A stretch of DNA of 64,000 nt from Mobula hypostoma (Eukaryota), in assembly GCF_963921235.1 (NCBI RefSeq), contig NC_086097.1, positions 91,018,001-91,082,000 on the forward strand, written 5' to 3'. Positions within the stretch are counted from its first letter, which is position 1, and each line of letters starts with the position of its first letter. A model generated the notes under the pieces. It was not told where the DNA came from. It saw only the letters and a program-made list of their open reading frames with translations, and searched no databases. Below are positions 51,634 through 64,000 of this stretch, piece by piece. The translations under genes and the position numbers were made by a program.

Positions 51634-51817
51634 TAGGTGCTTAGACCCTCCGGGCACATGGTAATGTGTTTGTCTAAGTGTTTTCCAAATATTGTTAATA
51701 TATCTGCCTCAATCACTTCCTCTGGCTGCTCATTCCATGCATGGCCACCCTCTGGTGAGAAAGCTACCTCTCAGGTTCCTATTCTCTTCTCTCTTATCTA
51801 GCCTATGCTCTCTCATT

Positions 51818-51970
51818 ACAAACAGGAGAAAATCTGCAGATGCTGGAAGTCCAAGCAACACACACTAAGTGCTGGAGGGTTCTGCTGAAGGATCTCAGTC
51901 AAAACGTCAACTGTACTCTTTTCCATAACTGCTGCCTGGCCTGCTGAGTTCCTCCAGCATTGTGTGTTGC
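51818..51970. mobile_element. Penelope pLTR mini-insert with inverted ends inside an old CR1 tail (51660-52370)
   Basis: GCAACACACACTAAGTGCTGGAGG is inverted relative to CCTCCAGCATTGTGTGTTGC. Decayed core CTGCTGAAGG...AAAACGTC. Possible TSD CTATGC[T/C]CTCT. Confidence 0.75.
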
Positions 51971-52615
51971 TATGCCCTCTAGTTCTCAGTTCTCCATCCC
52001 TGGGAAAAAGACTGCGTACATTGTCCCTATCTATGCCCCTCATGATTTTATACACCTCTATCGGATTACGTGTTTGTCCTCCTATGCTATAAGGGAAAAA
52101 TTCTTAGCCTGTCCAACCTCTCCCTATAACTCAGTCCCTTGAGTCCTGGTTTTTTGTGCACTCTTTCCAGTTCGCTAAAACAGTTGTATAGCAGGGCAAA
52201 CATATCTGAACACAATACTGCAAGTCCAACTGCAGCAATATGTTACACTACAGTACCATGATCTCAATGCCCTGACTGATGAATATCAGTGTGCTATAAG
52301 CCTCCTTCACTGCTCCGTCTACCTGTGACTCTATTTCCAGGGAACCATGTACCTGAACCCCAAGGCCCAAGGAACACAGTTGTGGCTAGAGATGAGTGTA
52401 GGAGGACTAGAGGATAGCCAGTGTGCTCTGCTGTTTAAGAAAGGCTCTAAACGTAAACCAGGAAATTATAGGCTGGTGAGCCTAACATCAGTAATGGGAA
52501 AGGTATTGGGCAGTGTTCCAAGGGACTAGATATATGACTATTTGGATAGATACATACTGATTAAGGATAGTCAGCATGGCTTTGTGCATGGTAGGTCATA
52601 TCCAAACAATGTTAT

Positions 52616-55298
52616 TGTCGCCTGCTGTGGATATGGCCTGTGTGGAGTGAGAGACACTGAAGCAGGTCAATAGATCACAGACTTTAATGCGAACAGTGTG
52701 AAAGAGAAAAGAAAACAATAAACACTAGACCAAACAGCGCTGTTAGCTATAACTCTCAAATGGGAAATAAAGCTTACAATGCAGATGCAAAGAACAACTA
52801 AGGATAAAATGAATACCACTAGTCTTCAGAGTCAGTTGACTCGACAGTCCAATTTCCGAGGCAAAGCCGAATGAAAGCAGGCAGCTAAGTGTTGATGTGT
52901 CCAAGTCTCAACAAGTACTACGACAGAATGAATGGAGTTAAAAACTATCATGATGAAATAATAATTAACCGACACATGCATATTCACGACCGCAATTACT
53001 GTATCTGCTCTGTTGCCGAATCCATGGTTGACAGAAACAAGAGCTTTTACAGAGGTAACTCGACCAAGTGACACTGTGAGATGAATCATTATCAAAATGA
53101 GGACCCTCCGATTGGAGCTAATCGGGCATCTGCTTCAAGAATAAAACTAACACAGGATCTCTGAGCCTATTGAAATAAACTTAACAAACCTAAACAGAAA
53201 GCACCAGGAGACCGCTTTACAAAGAGTGAGTCACCCGAGAAAAACACAAGGAACTCTTAAACCATTAATAACTGTTGATAGGCAACAATTAACCAATTCA
53301 GGTGCTCTGAAAATCTGAGAGTCCAATGCTCTGCTGCCCTGCACAGGCCTAAAGAAATCACTACAGGACCCCCCTCCCTATAGCTGGCACTTGATGGCCA
53401 AGAAAGACCTGAAAACCCAAGATGCAGAGATGACTTGAGAGACCTGGGGAACTTGAGAGGGAGGCATGGAGACTTGGGGATCCAGAGAAACTGAGAGACT
53501 GAGAGACCTGGGAGCCTCAAGTGAGATCAAGAAACATTGGGCAGGGCTGAGAGGGAGGAGTCCTCGAGATGGCGAGGACATTGAAAAACCCTAAACACAT
53601 TGAATAAGCCTTGGAAACAACTGGAAAAAATAAAAACCTTGGGAACAGAGAAAAGTCCTTGGGAAACCTTGAAAACATGAAACTTGAAACCTAGAGAAGG
53701 AACCTTTTCAAATCTTGTTCAGTGTTTTATCTTTCACAATTTTTCCAGAGGCAGTTAGGATATACTCTCAATTTTACAGATCAAGACAGCATAGACAAGT
53801 TTCTTTCATCGCAAACCTAGCTGGTTCTCTGTAGGTCTGTTTAATTTGCTACATGAAAGTTCAATTTTCCCTGTCTGTACCATGACTTTCATCAAGAGGT
53901 TAAAAATACCCCTGATAGGGTTACTTTATTTGTGTATTTGCACACTCCAGCCGGGGATCAGCCTTTGGAGTAGTGCTCTTCCAGAATTTACTCTGTATTG
54001 ACTTGAATGATGATTTGTTGAATCAATCGATAAGCTTGCTTGAAGTGCTCATTTGTTATGCAGACCTGAGTCACAGGACCACAAAGCTGGGAACCTGGGT
54101 TCTTGTGACTTGAAAAGCTTGGAATGGATGCCGGATAACTCAATGTAGACTAGAGAATCTCGGAATGTAGACTCGGGACTCTCGGAATGTAGAGTCAGGA
54201 CATGCATTCAGAATAAAGGCACCCTCTCTTCAAGCCACCAATGTCAAAACGTCACTGTTCAAACTTTGCTGGGCCCATCACTTAGCAAAACTCTCCTGTC
54301 ACAATGGAGACAGAAACAACAGTTTATACATAGGAATTCCATCGAAACATTGTTGCATTGACATATCACTCTGACCAATGGATCTCATGGCCAAGGTCAG
54401 CTGCTCTCTCTCTGCTGGGTCCATCTTTGTGTGGTCGAGACTGTCTGTCACCCGATGCGGAAATGACTCAAGTGTGGAGTGAGAGACACTGAAAACAGGT
54501 CGACAGTTCACAGACTTTAATGCGAACAGTGTTAAAGGGAAAAGGAAACAATAAATGCTGGGCCAAACAGGGCCGTTGACTAAAACATTCAAACGGAAAC
54601 CGGAGCCTACACTGCGGCTGAAAAGAACAACTAAGAATAAAACGAGTATCGCTAGTCTTCAGAGCCAGTGGCCTCGACAGTTCAATTTCTCAGGCAAGGC
54701 AGAATGCAAGCATCCAGTGAAGCGTTGCTGTGTCTAGGTCTCGACAAATGCTACAACGGAATAAATAGCGTTAAATACTATCACAATGAAATAATAATTT
54801 ATTATTAGCAGAGGATGGTGCTTGGTGCTGGGTGTTAAAGGGCTGGTCGGAGGCTCGAAGTTTTTGGACGGACTCAGAATCCGCTGCGGTCGGGTGCTTC
54901 CAATGGTGCTGCATCGGCAAGTTTACGGCACTTGGAGGTTCTTGGCAGGGAGAGTTTCTCCCTTCTACCGTTTGCGTGAGATGATGAGGCTATCAGGACT
55001 TTGAGACTTTTTTTTTACTGTGCCCATGGTCTGCTCTTTATCAAATTACGGTATTGCTTTGCACTGTTGTAACTATATGTTATAATTATGTGGTTTTGTT
55101 AGTTTTAGTCTTGGTTTGTCCTGAGTTTCTTGTGATATCATTCTGGAGGATCATTGTATCATTTTTCAATGCATGCATTTCTAAATGACAATAAACGAGG
55201 ACTGAGTGTCCTCATAATCTAATCTAGTTAGCTGACACGTACATATTCAGGAACACAATTGCCGTATCTGCTGTGCTGCCAAATCCATGATTGTGCCA
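52616..55298 (-). mobile_element. Non-autonomous Gypsy-like LTR element (3' LTR 52616-53033; 5' LTR 54446-55298 containing an insert)
   Basis: Two alignable ~420-bp direct repeats. A gag-like start MDPAERE lies directly after the 5' LTR on the minus strand. No pol. Confidence 0.8.
54808..55227 (+). mobile_element. Retroposon 3' end with a (TAATC)n tail, inserted in the LTR
   Basis: Absent from the partner LTR. The tail AGTGTCCTCATAATCTAATCTA also occurs reversed at 29553-29584. Confidence 0.7.
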
Positions 55299-56694
55299 CT
55301 TAAACAGAGTTTTTTGAGGGAGCTATCGGGAAAGTTGATGTAAGCAAAGCAGTGGATGTTGTCGACACGGACAAGGCATTTGGCAAGGTCCTGTATGGGA
55401 TGTTGGTCAAGAAGGTTCAGTCGCCCGTCATTCAAGATGAGGTAGCAGATTGGATTAGATATTGGCTTTGTAGACAATATCTAATTTGCCTCTCTGACTG
55501 GGGTCCTGTGACTAATGGATCCTTTGTTGTATGTCATCTATATCAATGATCTGAATGGTAATGTGGTTAACTGGATCAGCGGATTTGCAGGTGACATCAA
55601 GACTGGACGTATAGTGGACAACGAGAAAGATAGTCATGGCTTGCAGAGGGATCTGGACCAGCTTGAAAAATGGCAGATGGAATTTAATGCAGACAAGTGC
55701 AAGGTGTTGCACTTCAGTAGATTAGCTAGGGTAGGTCTTCCACAGTTAATGGTAGGGAACAGAGGAGTGCAATAGAACAAAGGGATCTGGGAAAATAGGT
55801 CCATAATTCATTGTAAGTGGTGCCACAGGTTGATAGGGAGTAAAGCTTTTGGCAAATTGGCCTTCATAAATCAAAATACTGAGTACAGGAGATAGGATGT
55901 TATGTTGAAGTTGAATAAGATATTGATGCGGCCATAATTTGGAGTGTTGCATGCAATTTTGGTGACCTACCTACAGGAAACATTTAAGTAAGGTTAAAAG
56001 ACTTCAGAGAAAATTTACAAGGATGCTGCTGGGTATGGAGGACCTGAGTTATATGGAAAGATTGAATAGGTTAGGATTTTGCTCCTTGGAACGTAGAAGA
56101 TTGAGAGGAAAATCGATAGAAATATACAAAATTATGAAGGATATTGATTGGGTAAATGCGAGCAGGAGATTTTCACTGAGGTTGGGTGGGACTACAACTG
56201 GAGGTCATAAATTAAGGGTGAAAGGTGAAAAGTTAAAGGGGAACATGAAGAGAAATATCTTACTCAGAGGGTCGTGTGAGTGTGGAATGAGCTGTCAGTA
56301 TGCAAGCTTGATTTCAATGTTTAAGAGAACATTGGGCAGGTACATGGAAGGTCTATAGTCAATGGGTGTAGGCAGTTTAAATGGCTCAGTATGGACCAGA
56401 TGGGCCAAAGGGCCTGTTTCTGGGTTGTATGTTTCTATGACTCTATGACTCTAATCTAGGGACATACTACACTTTATTTTCTTGTATGTACAGCCAGCGT
56501 CAGAATCCATCGAGTGTTATATTTACAATAACCTTTTAATTAGTGTACCTGATATTGAGATATGCAGATTACTAAAATACTCCACACCCTACCCGTCAAC
56601 CTAATGTATCAGGAATTTTGAAATAATACCAAAGGATAAAGTCCACTGGTAAGCATGTTGGTACAATACTTGGCCTCAACAAAGCAAATTCAGT

Positions 56695-57080
56695 CCCGGA
56701 TGCCACGGTCGCGTAGCGTTTTGCACGATGCTGTTACAGCTTGGCATGTTTTAGACAGTTCATTTCCAGTGGCGCCTGTAAGAAGTTTGTACATTCTCCC
56801 TGTGACTGTGTGCATTTCCTCCGGGTGCACTGGTTTCCTCCCACAGTCCAATGACGTAACGGTTAGAGCAGGCATTCACAACCTGGGGTCCAGAAACTCC
56901 TTGGTTAATGGTAAGGTTCCATGGCATAAAAACGGTTGGGAACTCCTGGGTTAGGGGGTTAATTGGACATTGTAGATTGTCCTGTGATTAAGCTAGTGTT
57001 ATATAAGGGGGTTGCTGGATGGTGCAGCTCGTTGGGCCAGAAGATCCTGTTCTGTGCTGTATCTCCAAATAAAATAAATA
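56695..57080 (+). mobile_element. V-SINE-like element
   Basis: AGTTTGTACATTCTCCCTGTGACTGTGTGCATTTCCTCCGGGTGCACTGGTTTCCTCCCACAGTCCAA (V-domain-like), a CR1-like tail and an AAATA repeat. Confidence 0.8.
56869..56948. mobile_element. 80-bp hAT/Charlie-like MITE inside the SINE
   Basis: Imperfect TIRs CAGGCATTCACAACC and GGTTGGGAACTCCTG; 8-bp TSD GGTTAGAG / GGTTAGGG. Confidence 0.75.
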
Positions 57081-57719
57081 ATGGAGACATATGATTTCCT
57101 TGCACTAACAGAGGCAAGATATTAGGATTAATGGGGTGAAGAGATAATTGAACAGAGATAACGCAGACAATGGCCAACATTATTTCACATTGCCAATTGT
57201 TGCAATGTTGAGATCAAGACAAGACTTGATTGGTTGATTGCATGTCTGAAAATCAAAGGGTGGACTGATGCAATTTCTCACTATCACATAAACGAGTTCC
57301 TTGACTTCTTCCACAAATGCCTGCCAAAATTATAGCAGGAAAGCCCTGCCACGGCATTTCTAAACATTGTTCACCTTCCCCTAAGCCATTGTTGAACAAA
57401 ATGTCACTCTTTCATATGATGAATATGTCAAATGAACTTGGCATGGTGTCTACTTTAATATTTCAGTTCAATTGATTTAATAATAAAAAATCAATAACTC
57501 TTTAATTTTATTAAGAAGGTGTTGTTTCACATAATGAGATATGATTTGTCTTAAAATCTGCTGAACACAGCTAAAATTGAAGTGGGAATTTCAAGTACTT
57601 TGCTCAAAGTTCAATGCAGTTAAGTCTTTTCATTACTTAAAATAGACACCTATTTAGGGTAGGATCTGATGAACAAGCAAAGACCAAGTTCCATCCAGTC
57701 CATAGTCTATCCTTTCTAT

Positions 57720-59217
57720 CAAAGAAATGGCAGAGGAACTTATTAAGTATTTTGCATCAGTCTTCACTGTAGAAGACAGTAACAGTATGCCAGAACTATG
57801 AGGGCAGAATTGAGTGTTGTTACTATTACTAAGATGAAGGTGCTTGGCAAGGTCTGAAGTTAGGTAAGTCACCTGGACCAGATTGCCTACACACCAGGGC
57901 TCTGAATGAGGTAGCTGAAGAGATAGTGGAAACATTAGTAATGATCTCTCAAGAATGCCTAGATTCTGGAATGGTTCTGAAGGACTGGAAAATTGCAAAT
58001 GTCACTCCACTATTTAAGAGGGAGGGAGGCAGAATTTACAGACCAGTTAGCTTGACTTCTCCAGTTGGGAAGATGTTGGAATCCATTGCTAAGGATGAGG
58101 TTTCAGGATACTTGGAGGCACATGACAAAATAGGCCAAAGTCAGCCTGGGGAAATCTTGCCTGACAAATCTGTTAGAATTTTTTGAGGAAGTAACTGGCA
58201 AGATAGACAAAGGAGAGTAAGTGAATGTGGTTTACTTGGATTTTCAGAAGGCCTTTGGCAAGATCCCACACACGAGGTTGCTTAAGAGCACAAGATATTA
58301 CAGGAAAGATACTGGCATGGATAGAAGATTGGCTGACTGGCAGGAGGTAAAGAGTGGGAATAAGGTGGGGTGTTTTCTGGTTGGCTGCCAGTGACTTTTG
58401 GTGTTCCGCAGGGGCCAGTGTTGGGACCGCTTCTTTTTGCGTTATATGTGAATGATTTGGATATCAAGAATTTGTGTGTTTGTGAACAATAAAAATGTAG
58501 GTGGAGGGGCAAGTAGTGTTGAGGAAGCAGGGAGTCTGCAGAAGGACTTAGACAGATTAGGAGAATGGGCAAATAAATAGTGTAAGGAAATGTATGATCA
58601 TGCACTTTGGTAGAAGAAATAAAGGCACAGAATATTTTCTAAACGTGGAGGAAATTCAAAAATCAGAGGTGCAAAGGGTCTCCTTGTGCAGGATTCCCTA
58701 AAGGTAAGCTTGCAGGTTGAGTCAGTGATAAATAAGGCAAATGCAATGTTAGCATTCATTTTGAGATGACGAGAATATAAGAGCAAGGATGCAATGCTGA
58801 GGCTTTATAAGGCATTGGTCAGATATCACTTGGAGTATTGTGGGAAATTTTGGGCTGCTTATCTAAGAAATGTGCTGGCATTGGAGAGGGCCCAGAGGAG
58901 GTTCACAAGAATATGTGAGGAGTGCTTGATGGCTCTGGGCCTGCATTCACTGGAGTTTAGAAGAATGAGGGGGGGAATCTCACTGAAACCTATTGAATAT
59001 TGAATCCATGGAACTCTGCCACAAGCGCATGTGGAAGCCAAGTCATGGGTATATTTAAAGCAGAGTTTTTTGATTAGTCAGGGCATCAAAGGCTACAGGG
59101 AGAAGGCAAGAGAATAGGGTTGAGAGGGATAATGAATCAGCCATGATTTATTATGGCAGAGCAGACCCAAAGGGCCAGATGGTCTAATTCTGCTCTTATG
59201 TCTTAAGGTCTTATGGT
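57720..59217 (+). mobile_element. Degenerate CR1 ORF2 and tail
   Basis: DWKIANVTPLFK...YRPVSLTS, MLRLYKALVRYHLEY and a TCTTATGG tail. Confidence 0.92.
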
Positions 59218-59312
59218 ATATTGGTCTGGTTTTCCAGAAAAACAGTGAAGGAGTTATGAACAATTTTCCCATTGATGCACTATATAACTGACACACAATC
59301 TGTTATGTTAAA

Positions 59313-60512
59313 TCACAAACAAGAGAAAATCTGCAGATGTTGGATATCCATGCAATGCATACAAAATGCTGGAGGGACTTAGTAGGTCAAGCAGCATCTA
59401 TGGAAAGAGTACACGCGACGTTTTGGGCCAAGACCCTTCAGCAGAACTGGAAAGAAGATGAGGATTCAGCGTTAGAAAGTGGGGGGAGGGGAAGAAGAAA
59501 CACAAGGTGATAGGTGAAACCAGGATGGGTGGGAAGGGTGAAGTAAAGAGCTGGGGAAGTTGATTGGTGAAAGAGGTACAAGGCTGGAGAAAGGGGAACC
59601 TGATAGGAGAGGGCAGAATTCCATGGAAGAAAGAAAAGGGGGAGGAGCACCAGAGGGAGGTGAAGGGCAGGTAAGGAGATGAGGTGAGAGAGGGAGAAGG
59701 GAATGGAGAATAACGAAGGAGAGGAGGGTTGGGGGCATTACCGGAAGTTCAAAAACCTGAGTGTGGCCTCATCATGACGGCAGAGGAGACCACATTGGAA
59801 TGGGAATGGGAAGTGGAATTAAAATGGCTGGCCATTGGGAGATCCTGCATTTTTAGGCGGACAGAGCGTAGGTGCTCGGTGAAGCAGTCTCCCAATCTGT
59901 GTCGGGTATCACCAATATATAGGAGGCCACACCAGGAGCACAGATACAGTAGATGACCCCAACAGACTCACAGGTGAAGTGTCACCTCACCTGGAAGGAT
60001 TGTTTGGGGCCCTGAATGATAGTGAGGGGGGAGGTGTGGGAGCAGATGTAGCGCTTGTTCTGCTTGCAAGGATAAGCGCCAGGAGGGAGATCAATGGGAA
60101 GGGACGAGAGGACAAGGGAGTCACATAGTCACTAAGATCTCCTTAGTCCTGGAATGAAAGGCCTCATCCTGTGAGCAGATGCTGCAGAGACGGAGGAATT
60201 GAGAGAAGGGGATGTTGTTTTTTACAAGTAACAGGGCGGGAAGACGTATAGTCCAAGTAGCTGTGAGAGTCACTGGGTTTATGAAAGGTATCAATAGATA
60301 TCAGAGATGGAGACAGAGAGATTGAGAAAGGGGAGAAGGGTGTTTGAAATGGACCAGGTAAATTTTAGGGTAGAGTGGAAGGTGGAGGCTAAGATGACAA
60401 AGTCGATGAGCTCAGCATGGGTGCAGGAAGCAGCACCAATGCAGTTGTTGATGTAGCATTGGAAAAGTTGGGGAGTGCTATCAGTGTAGGCTTGGAACAT
60501 AGACTGTTCCAC
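59313..60512 (-). mobile_element. Older Penelope-like element (RT C-terminal part, GIY-YIG and pLTR)
   Basis: ORF 60291..60512 reads EQSMFQAY...FQCYINN (decayed RYIDD)...LKFTWSIS...LPFL. 59740-60120 aligns to 13860-14330. Decayed hammerhead at ~59415-59450. Confidence 0.88.
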
Positions 60513-60514
60513 AG

Positions 60515-61270
60515 ACCCCCATCGTCCAAGCTGCTGCCATCAGAAAGAATGTACAGGAGAGTCAGGACCTACACCACCAGGTTCAGGAACAGCTCTAGCC
60601 CCTCAACCATCAAGCTCTTGAACCAGTGGGAATAACTTCAGTTAACTTCACTGCTCCATCTTTGAAATTTCCCACAACCCATGGACTCATTTTCAATGAT
60701 TCTTCACCTCATGTTCTCAATATTTATTGCTTATTTAGTTATTCTTTGTATTTGCACAGTTTGTTGTCTTTTGCACACTGGTAGTTGTGGCATTCATTGT
60801 TTCAGTAGGTTTCAATAGGAACATGTAATGTCAGAGAAATGTATACAATATACATCCTGAAATTCTTTTTCTTCATAAACATCCACGAAAACAGAGGAGT
60901 GCCCCAAAGAATAATTGACAGTTAAATGTTAGAACCCCAAAGCACCCCCCCAGCTCCCCCCTCCCACGCACAATCAGCAGCAAGGCAGTAATACCTCCCC
61001 CCCACCATCAAAAAAGCATCAGCGCCCCCACCGAGCACTCAAGCATGCAGCAAAGCATCAGTAAAGACACAAACTTACAGTACCCTAAGGACTACTCATA
61101 ATTCAACATACCACAGGCTCTCTCTCCCTCCCGAATAAGGGAAAAAGAGGTTATAAAACCTCTATTATGGTTATTGGATTTACTGAGCAGGCCTGCAAAC
61201 GGAAGAATCTTAGGGTTGTATATGGTGACCTATATGTACTTAGATAATAAATTTACTTTGAAATTTGGAA
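60515..61270 (+). mobile_element. Rex1/Babar-like LINE 3' end with a nested insert (~60800-61150)
   Basis: LLPSERMYRRVRTYTTRFRNS...IKLLN; the 3' UTR matches the reverse complement of 4220-4640. Confidence 0.8.
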
Positions 61271-62040
61271 CATTGCAAGACAGCTTTCTGTCTACACTGC
61301 CTCTGATGAGCATACAAATAGAACGATGCTACCTTGCATGGAAGAGTTGGAAAGATGAATTCTCTCCTGTAGAGTTATATGGACAATAGGTATCCACATA
61401 TATTATAGATACATCTTGTTTCTCTTTAAATTGGTTATAAAGCTCTACAATTAACAAATTTAGGATGGTTGATTGGTGAATGGTAGTTCAGTGTCACACT
61501 GTTACCTGGGCTATTATCAGTGTAAGCAAATAAATTCCCAACACTCAGATCAAATCCATTGCTCTTGCATCTCCAATATAATAGTTCAAATCATCCCAGT
61601 TGGAATAATAGACACTATATAGGAAAGAGGATAGGAAGATCCTGATGTTGCACTAACCTAACAATCCACATATCTTCAATATAGCCCCAAGTCTATGAGT
61701 ATTTAATTGCATAATAGAGACACAGAGCTCAGCAAGTGACAGAACCAATTACCTCATCACTTTCAAGTGTCTGTCAGCTCATATTATTCTATTGTGTATT
61801 GTAAACTGTGTGTAACCCTCTCACTGTCACTCGTAACAAACTTGGCTAACTCTGCTAACAACCACGTGACTCAGCAGTGAGAAGGCCACTTTCAATAGCC
61901 AATACATGATTAGACTCAGTATGATTCTGGTTCAACCAAATGAGGAAAGTCGAATTTTCCAATGAAAGAACTAAAATTGTGGTGAATGCTGTGTAAATAC
62001 TGTCCCATGCAAAGCTATTTTTCACCAGGAAATAACACAT

Positions 62041-62711
62041 TGTACAGCGGCATACAATTAAAGTGGAAGTATATTTACCAATATTTCAACTTTAACAAAC
62101 ATCTAACAGAAAAATAAAAGCTAAAGAAAAAGGGCCCATTACAGTTAAACCAGTCTAAATGTGCACATAAACATTGGAGCTCATTTTTGTAGTAGTTGGG
62201 TGCATTGCTTTACTCATGGCGCTGAACTCTCATCACCAGCCAAAGGTCAAACTTCCCTTGAAGAATGTCATGAACAAACTGGCTAACTCAGAAATTTTGA
62301 CACTTCCTCCTTGGAACCATTCATCTGCACAAAGCACTCCTTGCAATAGGGTTTCTATTTTTATGGGATCCTCCAAGCATCTTCTCTTGTGCTCTTCTCC
62401 ACACCTCCTCACAAAAGTCCCCAAACCAGACTACTGTCCTTCAGAAATCTGATCCTACCCAGCTCTCTCGAATCTTCCATAGCAGCCCACTAGGCAGAAT
62501 GTTACAACATGTAACCAAAAAAACCTGATTGGCTGGCTGACACAGCATCCCAAATGGCTCCTTGTCTTCACCCAAAATCAAAACACTAGTCTATGACACT
62601 TAGCTAATAGGAAGGACACACTGCTTTTGCAGAAGAACTGCTAAAATAAAAATAACTCACAGCATAGCAATAGAAATAATATTAAAATATGTTCTTAACC
62701 AGGACATTACA
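62041..62711 (-). mobile_element. Possible solo LTR
   Basis: TGTA...TACA ends and LTR-like composition, but no clear TSD. Confidence 0.35.
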
Positions 62712-62794
62712 TGTAAAATGGATGTGTAAGTTACGGCAATGATGCAAAAAAGATGACATTAAACCCTGTCCTTGTAACAGAACAATCCTAGGTT

Positions 62795-62965
62795 AAAATC
62801 AAGACTGGTGGAAATCTGAAATAAAAGACGCTGTAAGCATTCAGTAGGTCAGGCAGCATCTGTGGAAAGAGAAACAGGGGTAATATTTCAGGTCAATGAC
62901 CTTCTGTCAGAAATGAATAAACAGATAACCAGATCCCAGATAGAAGTCTGATTTTCAGCATCTGT
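62795..62965 (-). mobile_element. Old Penelope-like terminal repeat with a variant hammerhead
   Basis: Minus strand reads CTGACAGA-AGGTC-ATT-GACCT-GAAA-TATTA followed by ...AGATGCTGCCTGACCTACTGA. Confidence 0.6.
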
Positions 62966-63084
62966 CTCCAACTCTGTAAGTGCTTCACGAGCTTTAAGTA
63001 GCTGGGAAAAAAAGAATAAACAAAACAAAGTGGACTTTAACACAACAGGTCACACCACGAACATCTTAGTGCTCAGTGTATTGT

Positions 63085-63373
63085 TTTTTAAAGTCTGTCA
63101 CGAGCCTGTGGCCCATCAGGCCAGTGCTTATGCCGGTTTCCTTGGCGTGAAGCGACTGAGAGTACGAGACTCCCCCCCCCGGATAGGATGCCAGTCTATC
63201 GCAAGGTTAGCGCCCAGCACTTTTGCCAGTACCCATACTCAGCTGGGTAGACTGGAGCACTGTGTGGTTAAGTGCTTTGCTTAAGGACACACACGCTGCC
63301 TCGGCCGAGACTCGAACCCATGACCTTCAGATTGCTAGTCCAACGCCCTAACTACTTGGCCACGTGCCACACT
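63085..63373 (-). mobile_element. Full-length tRNA-derived SINE with a 12-bp TSD
   Basis: Minus-strand A box TGGCCAAGTAG and B box GGTTCGAGTC. TSD TCAGTGTATTGT at 63073-63084 and 63374-63385. Confidence 0.9.
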
Positions 63374-64000
63374 TCAGTGTATTGTGGGCAACAGATTATC
63401 CAAGCACAGCAGCCTCTATCCCATTGTCCAGCCACTCGGTGTATAATATGACCTATTGCAATATCTCCTGTCCAAATAACCATCTCTGAAAATCTGTTAG
63501 CATCTTGTCCCTATGTAACTCTCATCAGTCGCTGCCTCCCAGCTTCAAACCATAGCACAGTTTGATTCCGTACACTCTACGCTGTCCAATCACTATTAGT
63601 CTGAGTATAAGGATGAGAATGCATTGGATGTGATTATAAGCTGTCTAGCTGCTATGTCTAGACAATCAATACTTACTGACTTACTCATAGTGTGTAGCAG
63701 AAGCTTTTTTGAAGCAGAAGTCCAACATGAAGAGATGAGGCAGAAATCACTGACGAAAAGGTAGGGCAAAAAAATGGACATGACAAGTGTACTTAACAAT
63801 CAGGTAATCACTGCCACTCAACTAATTTGTATCATCAATTGTTACTTTATTAATGTATTCCATTCATCATGGATTAATCAGTAGTGTTAACTTGCATCAG
63901 TTAATTAGCACTCATTTATACATCCTTCTTATCATCCCCTCTCACATTGATCTCGACTGTCAATAATCTCATAGCCCTATGTTATCATGAGCTTGTAAGT

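Larger units (their letters stand above)
52395..56455 (+). mobile_element. CR1 LINE split by an LTR element (CR1 parts 52395-52615 and ~55305-56455)
   Basis: KPGNYRLVSLTS before the insert; KAFGKV, IYINDL and RLNRLG after it. Confidence 0.88.

Overview
Eukaryotic, repeat-dense genomic DNA. The repeat content (several CR1 LINE subfamilies, V-SINE/HE1-like SINEs, Penelope-like elements, Rex1/Babar, RTE, Tc1 and mariner) points to a cartilaginous fish, probably a ray; that is an inference. I recognise no host protein-coding gene, and essentially every recognisable ORF is a decayed retroelement or transposase fragment. The window opens with a ~3.8 kb array of a 32-bp palindrome-containing satellite with higher-order structure. 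It continues as a mosaic of nested insertions, many with readable target-site duplications (TSDs). One TE-poor island (~29.7-33 kb) has microsatellites and a good splice donor and may be a promoter or non-coding first exon. The most interesting signals are: (i) minimal type I hammerhead ribozyme motifs (CTGACGA...GAAACGTC) in Penelope-like terminal repeats, which also occur as about ten short inserts, several TSD-flanked and some hairpin-shaped; (ii) a complete 1.18-kb TRIM-like non-autonomous LTR element inserted in a tiny Tc1-type MITE; (iii) mariner MITEs built from repeated TIR modules. These are family-level novelties at most, since the general phenomena are known. All calls were made by eye without database searches, and the boundaries of old repeats are approximate.
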